A stretch of DNA of 64,000 nt, taken from the NCBI GenBank assembly GCA_965248435.1, contig OZ252100.1, positions 4,832,001-4,896,000 of the forward strand, read 5' to 3'. A program made the position numbers and the translations under genes. The notes below the pieces were generated by a model. That model was not told where the DNA came from. It was given only the letters and a program-made list of their open reading frames with translations, and did no database searches. The stretch's first letter is position 1; every line of letters begins with the position of its first letter. This document shows positions 1-10,206 of this stretch, one piece after another. This stretch comes from Candidatus Latescibacterota bacterium. Its GTDB lineage: Bacteria > Latescibacterota > UBA2968 > GCA-2709665.

Positions 1-789
1 GTCGTCTGCCTGGCCACGAGGCCCGAGCCTCGTGCCGAGATCACGATTGGGCTGGCCGAGCTCGGCGTGAAGGCCATCTTCGCGACCAAGCCGATGTGCC
101 GCACACTCGCCGAAGCGGACGCGATGATAGAGGCCTGTGTACGGCACGGCACGATTCTCACGATGGCGTGCCATCTCAACTGGTACAGCTACTACACAAG
201 AGCCAGACAGCTGATTGCCGACGGTGCCATCGGGGCGCTGAAATCGATCGTATGCCACAGTCCGCACAGTCTCTCGAACGGCCAAAGCCATACCTTCGCC
301 CTCCTCCGGCTCTTCGCCGGCGCCCCCGCCGAATGGGTCTTCGGCATCGTCGAATCCGACGAACTTGCGGAATCGGAGGCTGACATCCCGGGTTCAGGTG
401 TGATCGTCTACGAGAACGGAGTGCGCGCGATTTTGAATTCGCGATGCGAGGATCGTCTTTTCAGCTGGACGATCGAATTCATCGGAGAATCGGGACGGAT
501 CGTCTCCCGAAATGCCCACGCGCAGTTCGAGCTATGGACGCCCCACCCGGACTCGGGTGCCCCGACGCAGACCCATCTCCCGGGGCCCTGGCATCCGCGC
601 AGTTCGATGGTCGATGCCATCGAGGGTGTCTGCCGATCGATCGAGCAGGGCCGCGAAGAGACCTGTCCCGGCGAGTTCGGGCGCGAGGCCTTGGAGATCG
701 GCATCGCCATCCGCGAATCCCATCGTCGAGGCAACGTCCGCACCGACTTGCCGCTCGAGGATCGGAACCTCGGCATCGGCGGTGCATAG
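1..789 (+). CDS. Gfo/Idh/MocA family oxidoreductase (5' truncated by window edge)
   Basis: Frame is open from base 1 (VVCLATRPEPRAEITIGLAELGVKAIFATKP, a variant of the EKP motif). Typical 'ARQLIADGAIG' segment and C-terminal 'GREALEIGIAIRES'. Confidence 0.85.
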   Translation, partial: VVCLATRPEPRAEITIGLAELGVKAIFATKPMCRTLAEADAMIEACVRHGTILTMACHLNWYSYYTRARQLIADGAIGALKSIVCHSPHSLSNGQSHTFALLRLFAGAPAEWVFGIVESDELAESEADIPGSGVIVYENGVRAILNSRCEDRLFSWTIEFIGESGRIVSRNAHAQFELWTPHPDSGAPTQTHLPGPWHPRSSMVDAIEGVCRSIEQGREETCPGEFGREALEIGIAIRESHRRGNVRTDLPLEDRNLGIGGA

Positions 790-845
790 AAAGCGGAGGG
801 CACGGATGACGCCGGGTAAAAGCGAGGTCTCATGTAACGTATTTG

Positions 846-876
846 AAAAAGCCCGCCCATTGTGGTGGGCTTTTTT
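846..876. terminator. Bidirectional rho-independent terminator
   Basis: AAAAAGCCCGCC-loop-GGTGGGCTTTTTT between convergent genes. Confidence 0.8.
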
Positions 877-1044
877 AAGCGTCTTCTAGTAGGTCTCCCA
901 AACTCCGGGAGGAAGAGCGGCACTAGTCGATGCCGGAGTGAATGCGATTGTGAGCGATCATACTCCCGGGAATCTCAAGTATACCTGTTAAGGCCTTGTC
1001 TCATTGAGGCCACAATACGACACAGATAGTTGATGCATCCCGCG

Positions 1045-1656
1045 TCAGCACCCTGGTCGCCTGAAATCTTTGCGCGCACGCTCAACTTTCTTTCTGATAA
1101 CACAGTCCGCGACATGGTCGTTGATCAGACCCATCGCTTGCATGAAAGCATACGCCGTAGTTGGCCCGACGAATTTCCAGCCCAGCTTTTTCAGCTCCTT
1201 CGACAAAGCAATCGATTCCTGGGAGGTTGAGGCAGTCTGCGGTTCCGCAAGTTTTTTACCGTCCGGTTCGTACCGCCAGACGAAGGCTGCCAGGGAGCCC
1301 TCCCGTTTAACGAGCACCCGGGCCTGCCGAGCATTATTGACTACCGCCTCGATCTTACCGCGGTGGCGGACGATCCCTTCGTCGCTGAGGAGACGCTCGA
1401 TGTCGCGCTGGGCGAACCGGGCGATCCTGTCAAAATCGAAATTGTGGAACGCGGCGCGGAAATTCTCGCGCTTTGCAAGGATGGTGCGCCAACTCAGTCC
1501 CGATTGAAAACCCTCGAGACTCAGTTTCTCGAACAAACGATAATCGTCGCTTACGGGAAAACCCCACTCAGCGTCATGATAGGCCAAAAACTCCGGCGCG
1601 GCACCGCACCAGCGGCAACGCGGTTTTCCGTCGGGGCCACCAATCGTCAAGCTCAT
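1045..1656 (-). CDS. tag: DNA-3-methyladenine glycosylase I
   Basis: RCRWC, YHDAEWG, LFEKLSLEGFQSGLSW, GWKFVGPTT and NDH..C Zn-site motifs. Confidence 0.95.
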   Translation of the reverse strand: MSLTIGGPDGKPRCRWCGAAPEFLAYHDAEWGFPVSDDYRLFEKLSLEGFQSGLSWRTILAKRENFRAAFHNFDFDRIARFAQRDIERLLSDEGIVRHRGKIEAVVNNARQARVLVKREGSLAAFVWRYEPDGKKLAEPQTASTSQESIALSKELKKLGWKFVGPTTAYAFMQAMGLINDHVADCVIRKKVERARKDFRRPGC

Positions 1657-1817
1657 AGGCCCATCGTCCTCGATTAGACGGTGAAGTTAAGGGGACCTAT
1701 TTGCGTCGAAAAGAACACTCACGCGAACAGTTGGAGAGGCTTGCAACTTCTGCATACGTCGCAACCTATTTCCCTGCTTCATTCCTGCAATCTTGGGCGG
1801 ATAAACCTACTCAGTCG

Positions 1818-2549
1818 CTAGAGCATCAGGCCACCACTGCTCTGCAGCACCTGGCCGGTGATCCACGACGCGTCGTCGCTCGCCAGGAACACCACCGCTC
1901 GGGCGATATCCTCAGGTTCGCCAATGCGACCGAGAGGTGTTTGAGCGATCATGCCATCGATCATTTCCTGAGGCGCGATGGCGATTATGTCTGTTTTCGT
2001 CACGCCCGGGGCGACCGAGTTGACGCGGATACCTTGCGGACCAAGCTCCACCGCCAAAGCCGAAGTGATGCGCTCCATCGCGGCCTTCGAGCCCGCATAC
2101 GCCGCGGTACCAGGCATCGACGCCTGGGCAATCGTCGAGGAGATGTTGACGACCGCGCCACCAGTTTTGGAAAGGGAGGGGATTGCCTCACGGGTGGTGA
2201 TCAACACGCCTTCCACGTTGACAGCAAAGGTTTGTTGGATCGCGTCGTCGCCGAGTTCGACCAGAGGCCCCAATACGCCCATCCCTGCGTTGTTGACGAG
2301 GATGTCAAGGCGCTCGAACTGTTCGATGACGAAGCGAACCACATTGGCCGGCGCGCCCTTCTCGGTGACGTCCGATGCAATGTAGCGAACCGCATCCGGA
2401 AATTCGGCGGCGAGCTGCGCGAGTGGCTCCTCCCGGCGACCGGTGACGACCACCCTGGCTCCTTCGGTGACCAGAGCTTTTGCGACGGCTCGACCAATGC
2501 CGGTGCCTCCGCCGGTGATGAGTGCGACCTTATTCGTGAATCGTGACAT
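1818..2549 (-). CDS. Short-chain dehydrogenase/reductase (SDR)
   Basis: TGGGTGIG, NNAG and YAGSK motifs. Confidence 0.93.
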   Translation of the reverse strand: MSRFTNKVALITGGGTGIGRAVAKALVTEGARVVVTGRREEPLAQLAAEFPDAVRYIASDVTEKGAPANVVRFVIEQFERLDILVNNAGMGVLGPLVELGDDAIQQTFAVNVEGVLITTREAIPSLSKTGGAVVNISSTIAQASMPGTAAYAGSKAAMERITSALAVELGPQGIRVNSVAPGVTKTDIIAIAPQEMIDGMIAQTPLGRIGEPEDIARAVVFLASDDASWITGQVLQSSGGLML

Positions 2550-2789
2550 GTTTTTCCTTTGTAAAGGGTGATTGTGTTGTTGATCTGGCGTTGTTCGGTG
2601 TTCTTAGGAACTCCGCGCAGACCCCGTACTCCCGTCATCTCACAAGATTCTTTGGCGATCAAGATCCTGAATTCGTGACCGTTCGTGCCCTTGCACCGGA
2701 ATCGACGGTCTTGGATGGCGGTGAAGCGGATATGTCCCGATGCAAGTGATAACTGGAACCGTAATGGATCCGTATTCGCTGAATTTTTC

Positions 2790-3227
2790 CTAGCTGATCC
2801 AACCCTTGCTCTCGGCCAACTTCGAATACCAGATCAAAAACGCCGCCACCACCAGCGGCATCAGGATAATTCCCAAGATCTCGCCGAGACCGAAGTCGAT
2901 ACCGACGCCAAGGGTATGGATCATTGTCGCAATCATGGCAAGTAACGACGCGATAAACAAATAGTACGCAGCCGACTTCCTGAGCAGAAGAAGAACGCAG
3001 CCAAGCGCACCGCCGAAAACGGCTATTGCAAAAGCTCCGGTGGCCCATGCGGGTCGGCCTTCAATTATCGCGCGCTCGGACTCGCGATATGCAGCGACCA
3101 CATCTGGATTCATCTGCACGAAGAAATTTATGACCCCCATAACATTCCAGATCAGCGCGACTGCGCCGATTGTCCAGAAACTCCAGCGAACACCACCAAC
3201 GGTCTCATCGTTCATCGCATCCCCCAA
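2790..3227 (-). CDS. Conserved 4-TM membrane protein, unknown function
   Basis: Four hydrophobic segments (FWTIGAVALIWNVMG; PAWATGAFAIAVFGGALGCVLLLLRK). Confidence 0.75.
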   Translation of the reverse strand: MGDAMNDETVGGVRWSFWTIGAVALIWNVMGVINFFVQMNPDVVAAYRESERAIIEGRPAWATGAFAIAVFGGALGCVLLLLRKSAAYYLFIASLLAMIATMIHTLGVGIDFGLGEILGIILMPLVVAAFLIWYSKLAESKGWIS

Positions 3228-3362
3228 TTAGTTATGTTTTTCAATTCTCTAAATAAAAAGACTAGTCCTTAATCCCGCACGATGTAGGATTATTCCGCAT
3301 TTAAAGCTTTTCTGATTTTCATCAACTCTGATGCATCGCTAAATGGACCCGATTGTCGGGTG

Positions 3363-3938
3363 CTATGGAGTCTTCACTCCCTGAATCTCAGTCAGGAGTT
3401 TGCCATCATCAGGTGAGACGACCGCGTAGCAGGGGAGTGAGAACTGCTTCCATAACTCTAGAGGATCTCGATTCAGGCGTGCGCCGAGATATAGTGCAAG
3501 CACTGTACCGTGCGTGACGATCACGGGCTGGCTAAATCCTCCGGAGCCAAGGACGAACTCCAGTCCGCGACAGAATCGCTCCCGTGCTTTGAGTGCTGAC
3601 TCTTTTCCAAACACAAGTTCGTCAGGTTTTTCGAAAAAGGCTGCAATCCTCTTCTCGAACTCCTTCGCCGAGGGGAAGAAGGGCACGTTGCTCCGGTCGT
3701 GTTCAGAAAGCTCCGCAACCTCCGTACACGATACATTAAGCCTGTTTCCCAGGATCTCGCCAGTCTCAATGGCCTTGGGTTCAGTACTTGTAAAGACCCT
3801 ATCCGGGGCAAACGCTGAAAGATCCTCTGCCAACGCTTGACAGAGGCACCGTCCCTCAGCGGACAGTGACCAGCGGTTTGAAGGTACCTCTGGTTGTATC
3901 TGAGGCTTGGAATGGCGGACGAAGATTAGTTTCTCCAT
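3363..3938 (-). CDS. Histidine phosphatase (phosphoglycerate mutase-like)
   Basis: N-terminal FVRHS, TSTEPKA.ET and VTHG motifs. Confidence 0.88.
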   Translation of the reverse strand: MEKLIFVRHSKPQIQPEVPSNRWSLSAEGRCLCQALAEDLSAFAPDRVFTSTEPKAIETGEILGNRLNVSCTEVAELSEHDRSNVPFFPSAKEFEKRIAAFFEKPDELVFGKESALKARERFCRGLEFVLGSGGFSQPVIVTHGTVLALYLGARLNRDPLELWKQFSLPCYAVVSPDDGKLLTEIQGVKTP

Positions 3939-4224
3939 TTGCTCTTTAGTCTATGCATTAACAGCGCCAGACTTTCGCCCTGTATCTTGAAAATATGATC
4001 TATTGTAGATTATCTTGGTTCGAAGAAGGTCTGGGGAGGCCGGATTGCGCTTGAAGGCATTGACCTTGGACGTTAGATAGGCCCTCCGCCTTCTTGGCCC
4101 ATTCCGAGGAGTATCCGAGACCCGCGAGTCTGTATTACGAGGCAGGTAGGTCAGGTGCAAGGTCGGGGGACCAGAGGTACAGATAAGGAGGGAGAGATCA
4201 TGAAGCAAGAGAATCTGTTGGGGG

Positions 4225-4319
4225 GGTAGACGTCTCGAGTGGGTGGGGTCGTCTCGGGAAGCCGGGGGTGCCGGAGGCCGAGGGAGCCCAGCGACTGAAG
4301 CACAAACCACACGTCACAC
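4225..4319 (-). repeat. Degenerate attC-like site
   Basis: Aligns with the attC-like site at 7173-7304 (TGCCGGAGGCCG-AGGGAGCCC..GCGACTGAAGCACAAA vs TGCCGGAGGCCGGAGGGAGCCC..GCGACTGGAGCGCAAA). Core boxes have decayed (GGTAGAC/GTCACAC). Confidence 0.5.
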
Positions 4320-4405
4320 GCTGGCGGCGCCCCCTTCAAGGTGAAGCCATTCCAGGGGCGAAAGGTGCACACCGTAGACAATAATTTTCTGCTTTTTGGT
4401 TTTGA

Positions 4406-4570
<165 letters not shown>

Positions 4571-4814
4571 TCTCGGCGGCTAGGTCCTTCGAGCACTTGG
4601 ATCTGGAAGAACGTCGACATGGAGGTCGGCGAACGCACCGTGCGGGCTGTCCGCAACGGCGGCTGACCTCGGCTGACCTCGGAGTCCCCGGTTTGGTGAC
4701 GGGTTCGCAAACTCCTTGCTTCGATTGTGCCCCCTTCGCGCCTTGACCAAGACATACAAGTAATCTACCATAGCTGCCATGATCCGTGCATGGCTCGCGA
4801 CAAGGAGACACTTC

Positions 4815-6854
4815 ATGCAGACAGCCGTAGTCCAAAAACCGGACGTGAACGGGTCGAACCAATACTATCCCACGAGCCGCCCGCCCCTCGTTCCGAGTCC
4901 TTTCGCTAAACTTCCTCTTGGGAGCATACGCCCACGCGGGTGGCTCCGCCATCAGCTCGACCTGATGACAGACGGAATGGTAGGACGCATAGACGAGGTG
5001 AGTGAGTATATCCAGGAAGACAGCAGTTGGCTCACGCCGGAGAGCGACAAAGGAACCGAACAGGTACCCTACTGGCTTCGAGGATTCTACCCTCTGGCGG
5101 TACTAACGCACAACGAACGCCTTCAAGAAGAGTCTCATAAATGGATCGACGCCGCCTTTGCCAGCCAGCAGCAGAGCGGCTACTTCGGTCCCGCCAAGTT
5201 CACCTCCGCGTTGCGCGACGGTTTCGGAAGCAGTCTTACCATACAGGCATTGATGATGGATTCTGTTACCCAACATTGCGAATACACAAGAGATGATCGG
5301 GTCATTCCTTTCATGACGCGTTTTTTCGAATATTGTCGCGATCTACCTGATACGGAGTTTGTCCCTTATGGGCGGACTATTGACCAACGCCGCCCATGCG
5401 AAATGGTGGAGCACATTCACTGGCTTTACAACGCAACGGGCGATGGCTGGCTGCTCGATCTTGCCGCGCGTTTTTTCAGACGTTTCCCCCACACAACTGA
5501 TCCGTGGCCCGGCCGTGAAAGGATGCTCAGTCCGAACGTAAAAGAGCGGCCGATACGGTATCGCACCGATGAGTGGCTCGCCCACCACGTGGTGGACTTC
5601 ACGCACCGCTACCGGTACCCGGGCACATACTATGCCCAATCTCATGCCTCATGGCATCTCGCGGCCTCGGAATACTGGTACAATCAGCACTTGGGGACCT
5701 GGGGACAGCCAAGAGGCATTTTCGGAGCGGACGAAGTGATCCGTTCTACCTATACCGATCCTCGTCAGGGGTGCGAAACCTGCGCTCTCGTCGAGTTCAA
5801 CAAGGGATTCTTCATACTGGGGCGCATCACCGGCGATGCGAAGTACGCAGACCGATGCGAAGACATCACGTTCAACCATTTCCCCGTTTCGCACGCTCCG
5901 GATCTCAAAGGTCTCAAGTACCTGACGGCGTCGAACCAGCCTCAACTGGACGCTTCGAACAAACACGAATACGCCAACGTTGCAGCGAGCAAGCTTCATA
6001 CGCTGAGATACTCTCCCCATCAGATCTACCACTGCTGTCAGCACAATGCGGCGATGGGCTGGCCCTGGTACGCACAGAATCTGTGGCAGGCAACAGCAGA
6101 CAACGGTTTGGCGGCGTGGATGTACGCCGCTTCGGAGGTGACCGCAAGGGTGGGATCGCAAGGCGCTGCAGTCACCATTGAACAAGAGACAGAGTATCCT
6201 TTCAGAGGCTCGATTCGGATGAATCTTACGGCTTCTGAGCCAGTCGAGTTTCCGCTTTACCTTCGGGTACCGCAATGGTGCAACGGTTTCGTTGTTCTGG
6301 TGAACGGTAAGACGGTCGACATCGAGGCAGAGCCGCGAATGTATGTCCGAATGATGCGTGTCTGGGCGAGCGGAGATACGCTCGAAATCAAGATGGCGAT
6401 GGAGTTAGGGTTGACAGAATGGCCGAGGAACGGCAGCGTGACTGTAGACCGTGGGCCGCTGAGCTACTCGGTGAGGATCGAGGAAGAGTGGAGGCGATGC
6501 GGAGGTACGGATGAATGGCCTGAGTGGGAGGTGTTTCCTCGAGGCCCGTGGAACTACGGGCTGGTCATAGACCGTGAGAATCCGGCAGAATCCTTGGAGG
6601 TGACGCAGACAGAGTGCTTGTCCGACCAACCTTGGACGGTCGAGGCTTCGCCGGTTGAAATCAGAGCAAAGGCTAAGCGTATTCCTGACTGGAAGCTCGA
6701 GAACGAAACCGTTCAAGAGCTCAGACCGAGTCCGATTAAGTCGGATGAGCCTGAGGAGGTGATCAGGATGGTACCTCTGGGATGTGCCCGGCTGCGGATC
6801 TCTTGTCTTCCCACCGTTGGAAGCGGACTTGAGGCGAGAGAATGGGAAGTCTAG
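4815..6854 (+). CDS. GH127-family glycoside hydrolase (beta-L-arabinofuranosidase-like, DUF1680)
   Basis: EQVPYWLRG, GCETC, CCQHN and ETEYPF motifs. AGGAGA RBS before the ATG at 4815. Confidence 0.88.
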   Translation: MQTAVVQKPDVNGSNQYYPTSRPPLVPSPFAKLPLGSIRPRGWLRHQLDLMTDGMVGRIDEVSEYIQEDSSWLTPESDKGTEQVPYWLRGFYPLAVLTHNERLQEESHKWIDAAFASQQQSGYFGPAKFTSALRDGFGSSLTIQALMMDSVTQHCEYTRDDRVIPFMTRFFEYCRDLPDTEFVPYGRTIDQRRPCEMVEHIHWLYNATGDGWLLDLAARFFRRFPHTTDPWPGRERMLSPNVKERPIRYRTDEWLAHHVVDFTHRYRYPGTYYAQSHASWHLAASEYWYNQHLGTWGQPRGIFGADEVIRSTYTDPRQGCETCALVEFNKGFFILGRITGDAKYADRCEDITFNHFPVSHAPDLKGLKYLTASNQPQLDASNKHEYANVAASKLHTLRYSPHQIYHCCQHNAAMGWPWYAQNLWQATADNGLAAWMYAASEVTARVGSQGAAVTIEQETEYPFRGSIRMNLTASEPVEFPLYLRVPQWCNGFVVLVNGKTVDIEAEPRMYVRMMRVWASGDTLEIKMAMELGLTEWPRNGSVTVDRGPLSYSVRIEEEWRRCGGTDEWPEWEVFPRGPWNYGLVIDRENPAESLEVTQTECLSDQPWTVEASPVEIRAKAKRIPDWKLENETVQELRPSPIKSDEPEEVIRMVPLGCARLRISCLPTVGSGLEAREWEV

Positions 6855-6879
6855 TCACGGATTCTCAATCGCGGGCTCG

Positions 6880-7078
6880 AGGCCGGCCCTAGACGCGGAT
6901 CTCGCTCACCCATGTGACCGAATGCCCGGTTTACGAGGGCAAGATGAAGATCATCGCCGCACTCACCGAGCCCCTGGCCATTCGGACCTACCTCGACGGG
7001 GTCGGTCTGGCCTCGTGTCCGCCACCCATCGCACCTCCACGCCCTCTCCCTCAGACTGAATTCGAATACGCGGGCTAA
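6880..7078 (+). mobile_element. IS91-family transposase C-terminal remnant
   Basis: 6914-7078 reads VTECPVYEGKMKIIAALTEPLAIRTYLDGVGLASCPPPIAPPR, resembling the Zn-ribbon/'PPPIAPAR' tail of IS91/ISCR-type transposases. No N-terminal part. Confidence 0.65.
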
Positions 7079-7172
7079 ACCCCCGCCTCTACCTTCGACG
7101 CCTTGCGCGTGACCGGGGAGAAGTAATATGGAGTTTGATCAGGACTCAGCCCGTACCGGGTGTGCGATGAAC

Positions 7173-7304
7173 GGCTAACGTCCCCGCGGGCTGCGAACTG
7201 CCAAGCAACCGCCGTGACAGAGGCAAGGTTGCCGGAGGCCGGAGGGAGCCCTTCGGCAGGCTCAGGGTAAACTCCGCGACTGGAGCGCAAAGCCCGTGTT
7301 TTAG
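7173..7304 (-). repeat. attC-like recombination site with an internal REP-like insertion
   Basis: Directly at the methyltransferase stop. Minus strand reads ...AAC-ACGGGCTTTGCG...CGCAGCCCGCGGGGAC-GTTAGCC: paired arms and a GTTRRRY-like R' box. Confidence 0.65.
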
Positions 7305-8068
7305 CTTTGTGAGTTCTTCAGATATGTGACGGGACCTCCGAAGAGAAATATCCCTTTCGGAGTCTTGAAAAAAGGTTCCAGGTCGGAAAGCAGTAAAGCT
7401 CTAACATCATCGATCCTCTCGTTGCCCTGTTCCACAGCTGCAATACAGTTAGTCTGGGTCAATATATAATCCACGAGCGCATCTCGCGAGAAGTTGACTT
7501 CGTTCGTGTAGTGTTCTTTACCCAGAAAATCGAAACCTTCGCGGTTTGCATCTTCTTCTTCAAAAGGTTGACGATTCCGTGGAGGGGTCGGGTACCGCTT
7601 CAGATGCACTTCGTACACCCATTCTTCAAAGTCGGGGTTCTCTGCCATTTTCCCACTGAAACTGTTATTGTAGATCACGAGATACCCGTGGCTTTTCAAG
7701 AGCCTACGTGCCTCTGAAAGAAACCTGGAACGGTCAAGCCAATGGAAAGCAAGCGCAACAGTGATCATATCGAACGAACTATCAGGTAGCGGTATTTCCT
7801 CGGCAGGAGCAACGTAATAGGTAATGCGATCATCCTTTGTGGCAAGGTCTATCATCTCCGAGGATGAATCTATTCCTACGATATTTTTGACGATTTCCTT
7901 GAGAGCCACACAAGATCGTCCTGTCCCGCATGCCACGTCCAGGGCTACTTCCAAAGGATCTGTTAGATTCAGGTAACTCTTGATCATCCCGATAACCAGA
8001 GGATGAAAATATGGCCGAGCCGCCGCATATCTTTTGGCGGCAGTCATATGATCGAAATGACCTGCCAT
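7301..8068 (-). CDS. Class I SAM-dependent methyltransferase (cassette gene)
   Basis: LDVACGTG, AFHWLD and YAAARPYFHP motifs. Visibly lower GC. Confidence 0.9.
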   Translation of the reverse strand: MAGHFDHMTAAKRYAAARPYFHPLVIGMIKSYLNLTDPLEVALDVACGTGRSCVALKEIVKNIVGIDSSSEMIDLATKDDRITYYVAPAEEIPLPDSSFDMITVALAFHWLDRSRFLSEARRLLKSHGYLVIYNNSFSGKMAENPDFEEWVYEVHLKRYPTPPRNRQPFEEEDANREGFDFLGKEHYTNEVNFSRDALVDYILTQTNCIAAVEQGNERIDDVRALLLSDLEPFFKTPKGIFLFGGPVTYLKNSQS

Positions 8069-8161
8069 TGGTTATTCTCTTTCCCCTTCCGCAGCCGGTC
8101 GTGCTATGCGGCTGTGTTGTGTTTTTGCTATCCACGGAACAATTGAGGCGGCCAATTCGTC

Positions 8162-8452
8162 TCAATTGAGAAGTGAGCTAACGTCAGCGATAGCTTCCGG
8201 CAATTTTCGAATCTGACTTTCCAGATCCCATCTGCGTATCAGGGAACCCTTGACTCTTCCAGGTTTTTCCACGTAGAAAGACAGCTTGTCAGCATAATAG
8301 ACTGCCCAGACTAGCCCGAATGTTTCCCTCTCAGCCTGGGAAAGTTGTCGCTCAGAAAGATACCCCTCGAAGAAAGTCTTCATCTCTTCTTTGTGAAGTG
8401 GTCTTCCGTTCCCCTTCGTATCCGTCGTACGTATACGAAGTGATGTCATCAC
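8162..8452 (-). pseudogene. Probable C-terminal fragment of an APH/homoserine-kinase-like phosphotransferase
   Basis: 'FFEGYLSERQLSQAERETF' resembles the C-terminal lobe of this family. No catalytic N-terminal part seen. Confidence 0.4.
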
Positions 8453-8531
8453 GAGACTTTCCTGTGGCCGTCGGTCCTTAAGGCGAACAATGGGCAGAAA
8501 TCCTATATCATCAGCATTGAGCCTTGAACGA

Positions 8532-8969
8532 TCAATCCTTGATGATTCCCTTATGAATCATTGGATTCCCGTCACTCCAAAGGACGCGCTGAACAATGGA
8601 CGCGATGCGCCAAGAGCCAGATATCTTCTTCACACCAAGAATATACAGGCAGTGGGTATTCAGCACTTCACCAGATGAGTCTCTTCGGTGTATAGCCATA
8701 GAGATTCGGGCGGTCCCAACTTCGCCATCAAGCTGTATTTCGTAGTTGCCTGCAAGATGATGAGTCTTTAGCTCCTGCAGTGCCTCACACCGGAGTTTAA
8801 CAAACTGCTCCGCAGTTAGGACTTCGGGGGGGGTTCCACGAAGATCCGAGTAGTCAGTATATATGGACTCGGATAGACAGGACTTCAGGTCATCCCAAGC
8901 CTTGATATCAAAGCAATTTGCGAATCGACTGATTAATCGATACACATGACTCTCATCTGATGAACTCAC
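8532..8969 (-). CDS. SnoaL/NTF2-like domain protein (cassette gene)
   Basis: FANCFDIKAWD, TDYSDLRG, THHLAGN and WRIASI segments. Confidence 0.82.
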   Translation of the reverse strand: MSSSDESHVYRLISRFANCFDIKAWDDLKSCLSESIYTDYSDLRGTPPEVLTAEQFVKLRCEALQELKTHHLAGNYEIQLDGEVGTARISMAIHRRDSSGEVLNTHCLYILGVKKISGSWRIASIVQRVLWSDGNPMIHKGIIKD

Positions 8970-9029
8970 TCAAAGAACTCCTATCGAGACTGCGCCGCTT
9001 CTGTTTTGGGGGGGTTAGGCTGGCATTGC

Positions 9030-9115
9030 GCACAACGTTCTCGCCGTGCGCGAACTTGCCGCAGGCAAGTTAGGCGAAGGCCGGATGGGCTGAGCCGCGC
9101 ACGGTCGTGTTATAC
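9030..9115 (-). repeat. attC-like recombination site (86 bp)
   Basis: Minus strand: GTATAAC-acga-CCGTGCGCG...CGCGCACGG-cgagaac-GTTGTGC, just downstream of the peptidase E gene. Confidence 0.8.
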
Positions 9116-9149
9116 GCTTGCTGGTTCTGGTATCAATGCGGTGTCTGTA

Positions 9150-9857
9150 TCATTTTTCTTCAAGTATTTCAGCCTGAATTGTTTCCTCTTGAGCAGATCG
9201 CTTACCACGCGTGACTCTGTAAGCCTTCGCATTGAGTCGGGATGAGACGACTTTCTTGACCCTCTCTCCTTCGAAGTGAGCGGCTGCGCCGTCATCAAGT
9301 GCAATGCCTGGCAAAATCTTACCTTTCCAGACGAGTTGCTGATAGTAAGGGCGACGGTCGACCTCACTGTCGTAATGTGGGCAACTGCTCCCAGGAAGAA
9401 ATCCGAGACAGTCTAAAGGCAAAAGGGGTCCTTTAACAGAGTCCGTCACTCCCTGTTCGAACCAGCAAATCGCGCCCGCACTGATCCCCGCAAGGATGAC
9501 TCCACACTCCCAAGCTTCCCGAAGCATCTCATCCAATCCCCAGTCCCGCCAGACGGCAAGCATACTTCGAGTGTTCCCGCCTCCAACGTAGATAACGTCC
9601 TTTGCCAGCAGATAGGACTTCAGATCTGCCTCAGTCCTTCTGAAGAAGGTGAGATGTGAAGGCTGACAATCGAGTTGCGCGAAGGCAGTGTAGAATCTGG
9701 CAACATAGGTGTCAGCGTCCCCACTGGCGGTTGGGATGAAGCACACAGAGGGCTTCGTGGTGGAAACCTGGTTTAGAATGTACAAATCCAAAGCAGGTGT
9801 CTCCTCCATGGAAAAGCCCCCTCCGCCCAGTGCAATTATATGTTTCTGCTTACTCAT
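9150..9857 (-). CDS. Peptidase E / S51 family (cassette gene)
   Basis: GGGGFSME, FIPTASGD, VGGGNT, G.SAGA nucleophile motif and CPHYD. Confidence 0.92.
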   Translation of the reverse strand: MSKQKHIIALGGGGFSMEETPALDLYILNQVSTTKPSVCFIPTASGDADTYVARFYTAFAQLDCQPSHLTFFRRTEADLKSYLLAKDVIYVGGGNTRSMLAVWRDWGLDEMLREAWECGVILAGISAGAICWFEQGVTDSVKGPLLPLDCLGFLPGSSCPHYDSEVDRRPYYQQLVWKGKILPGIALDDGAAAHFEGERVKKVVSSRLNAKAYRVTRGKRSAQEETIQAEILEEK

Positions 9858-9926
9858 CGTTGTTTACTGACCCTCCAATAGGCCACCGACTATTTCATAG
9901 GAACGATTACCCCAGAACCAGCTTGC

Positions 9927-10001
9927 GTATAACGATTAAGCGTGTATCCGGAGTCGGAGAAGCGTGGACGGGAGCGGGATTCCGGATACACGGTGTTGAA
10001 C
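9927..10001 (-). repeat. attC-like recombination site (75 bp)
   Basis: Minus strand: GTTCAAC-ac-CGTGTATCCGGA...TCCGGATACACG-cttaatc-GTTATAC, with a 12-bp perfect inner stem. Confidence 0.8.
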
Positions 10002-10206
10002 GAAGCCGCTTCACCTGCCTATGGGGATTGGATGAGTGATTCTTGTGTAAGGACCGCTGGGCTGGCCCAGTCATCGGACCGTATTTGAAGCTGTTTGGAG
10101 GGGCCGATGTCGCAGGATCCCATAGTCGCTCTACCAAGCTCAAAGAGTGGACAGACTACTGCCGTGTTGGGTGGTTGGGCTTGCGGGCAAGGGATGGTGT
10201 AGGAGC

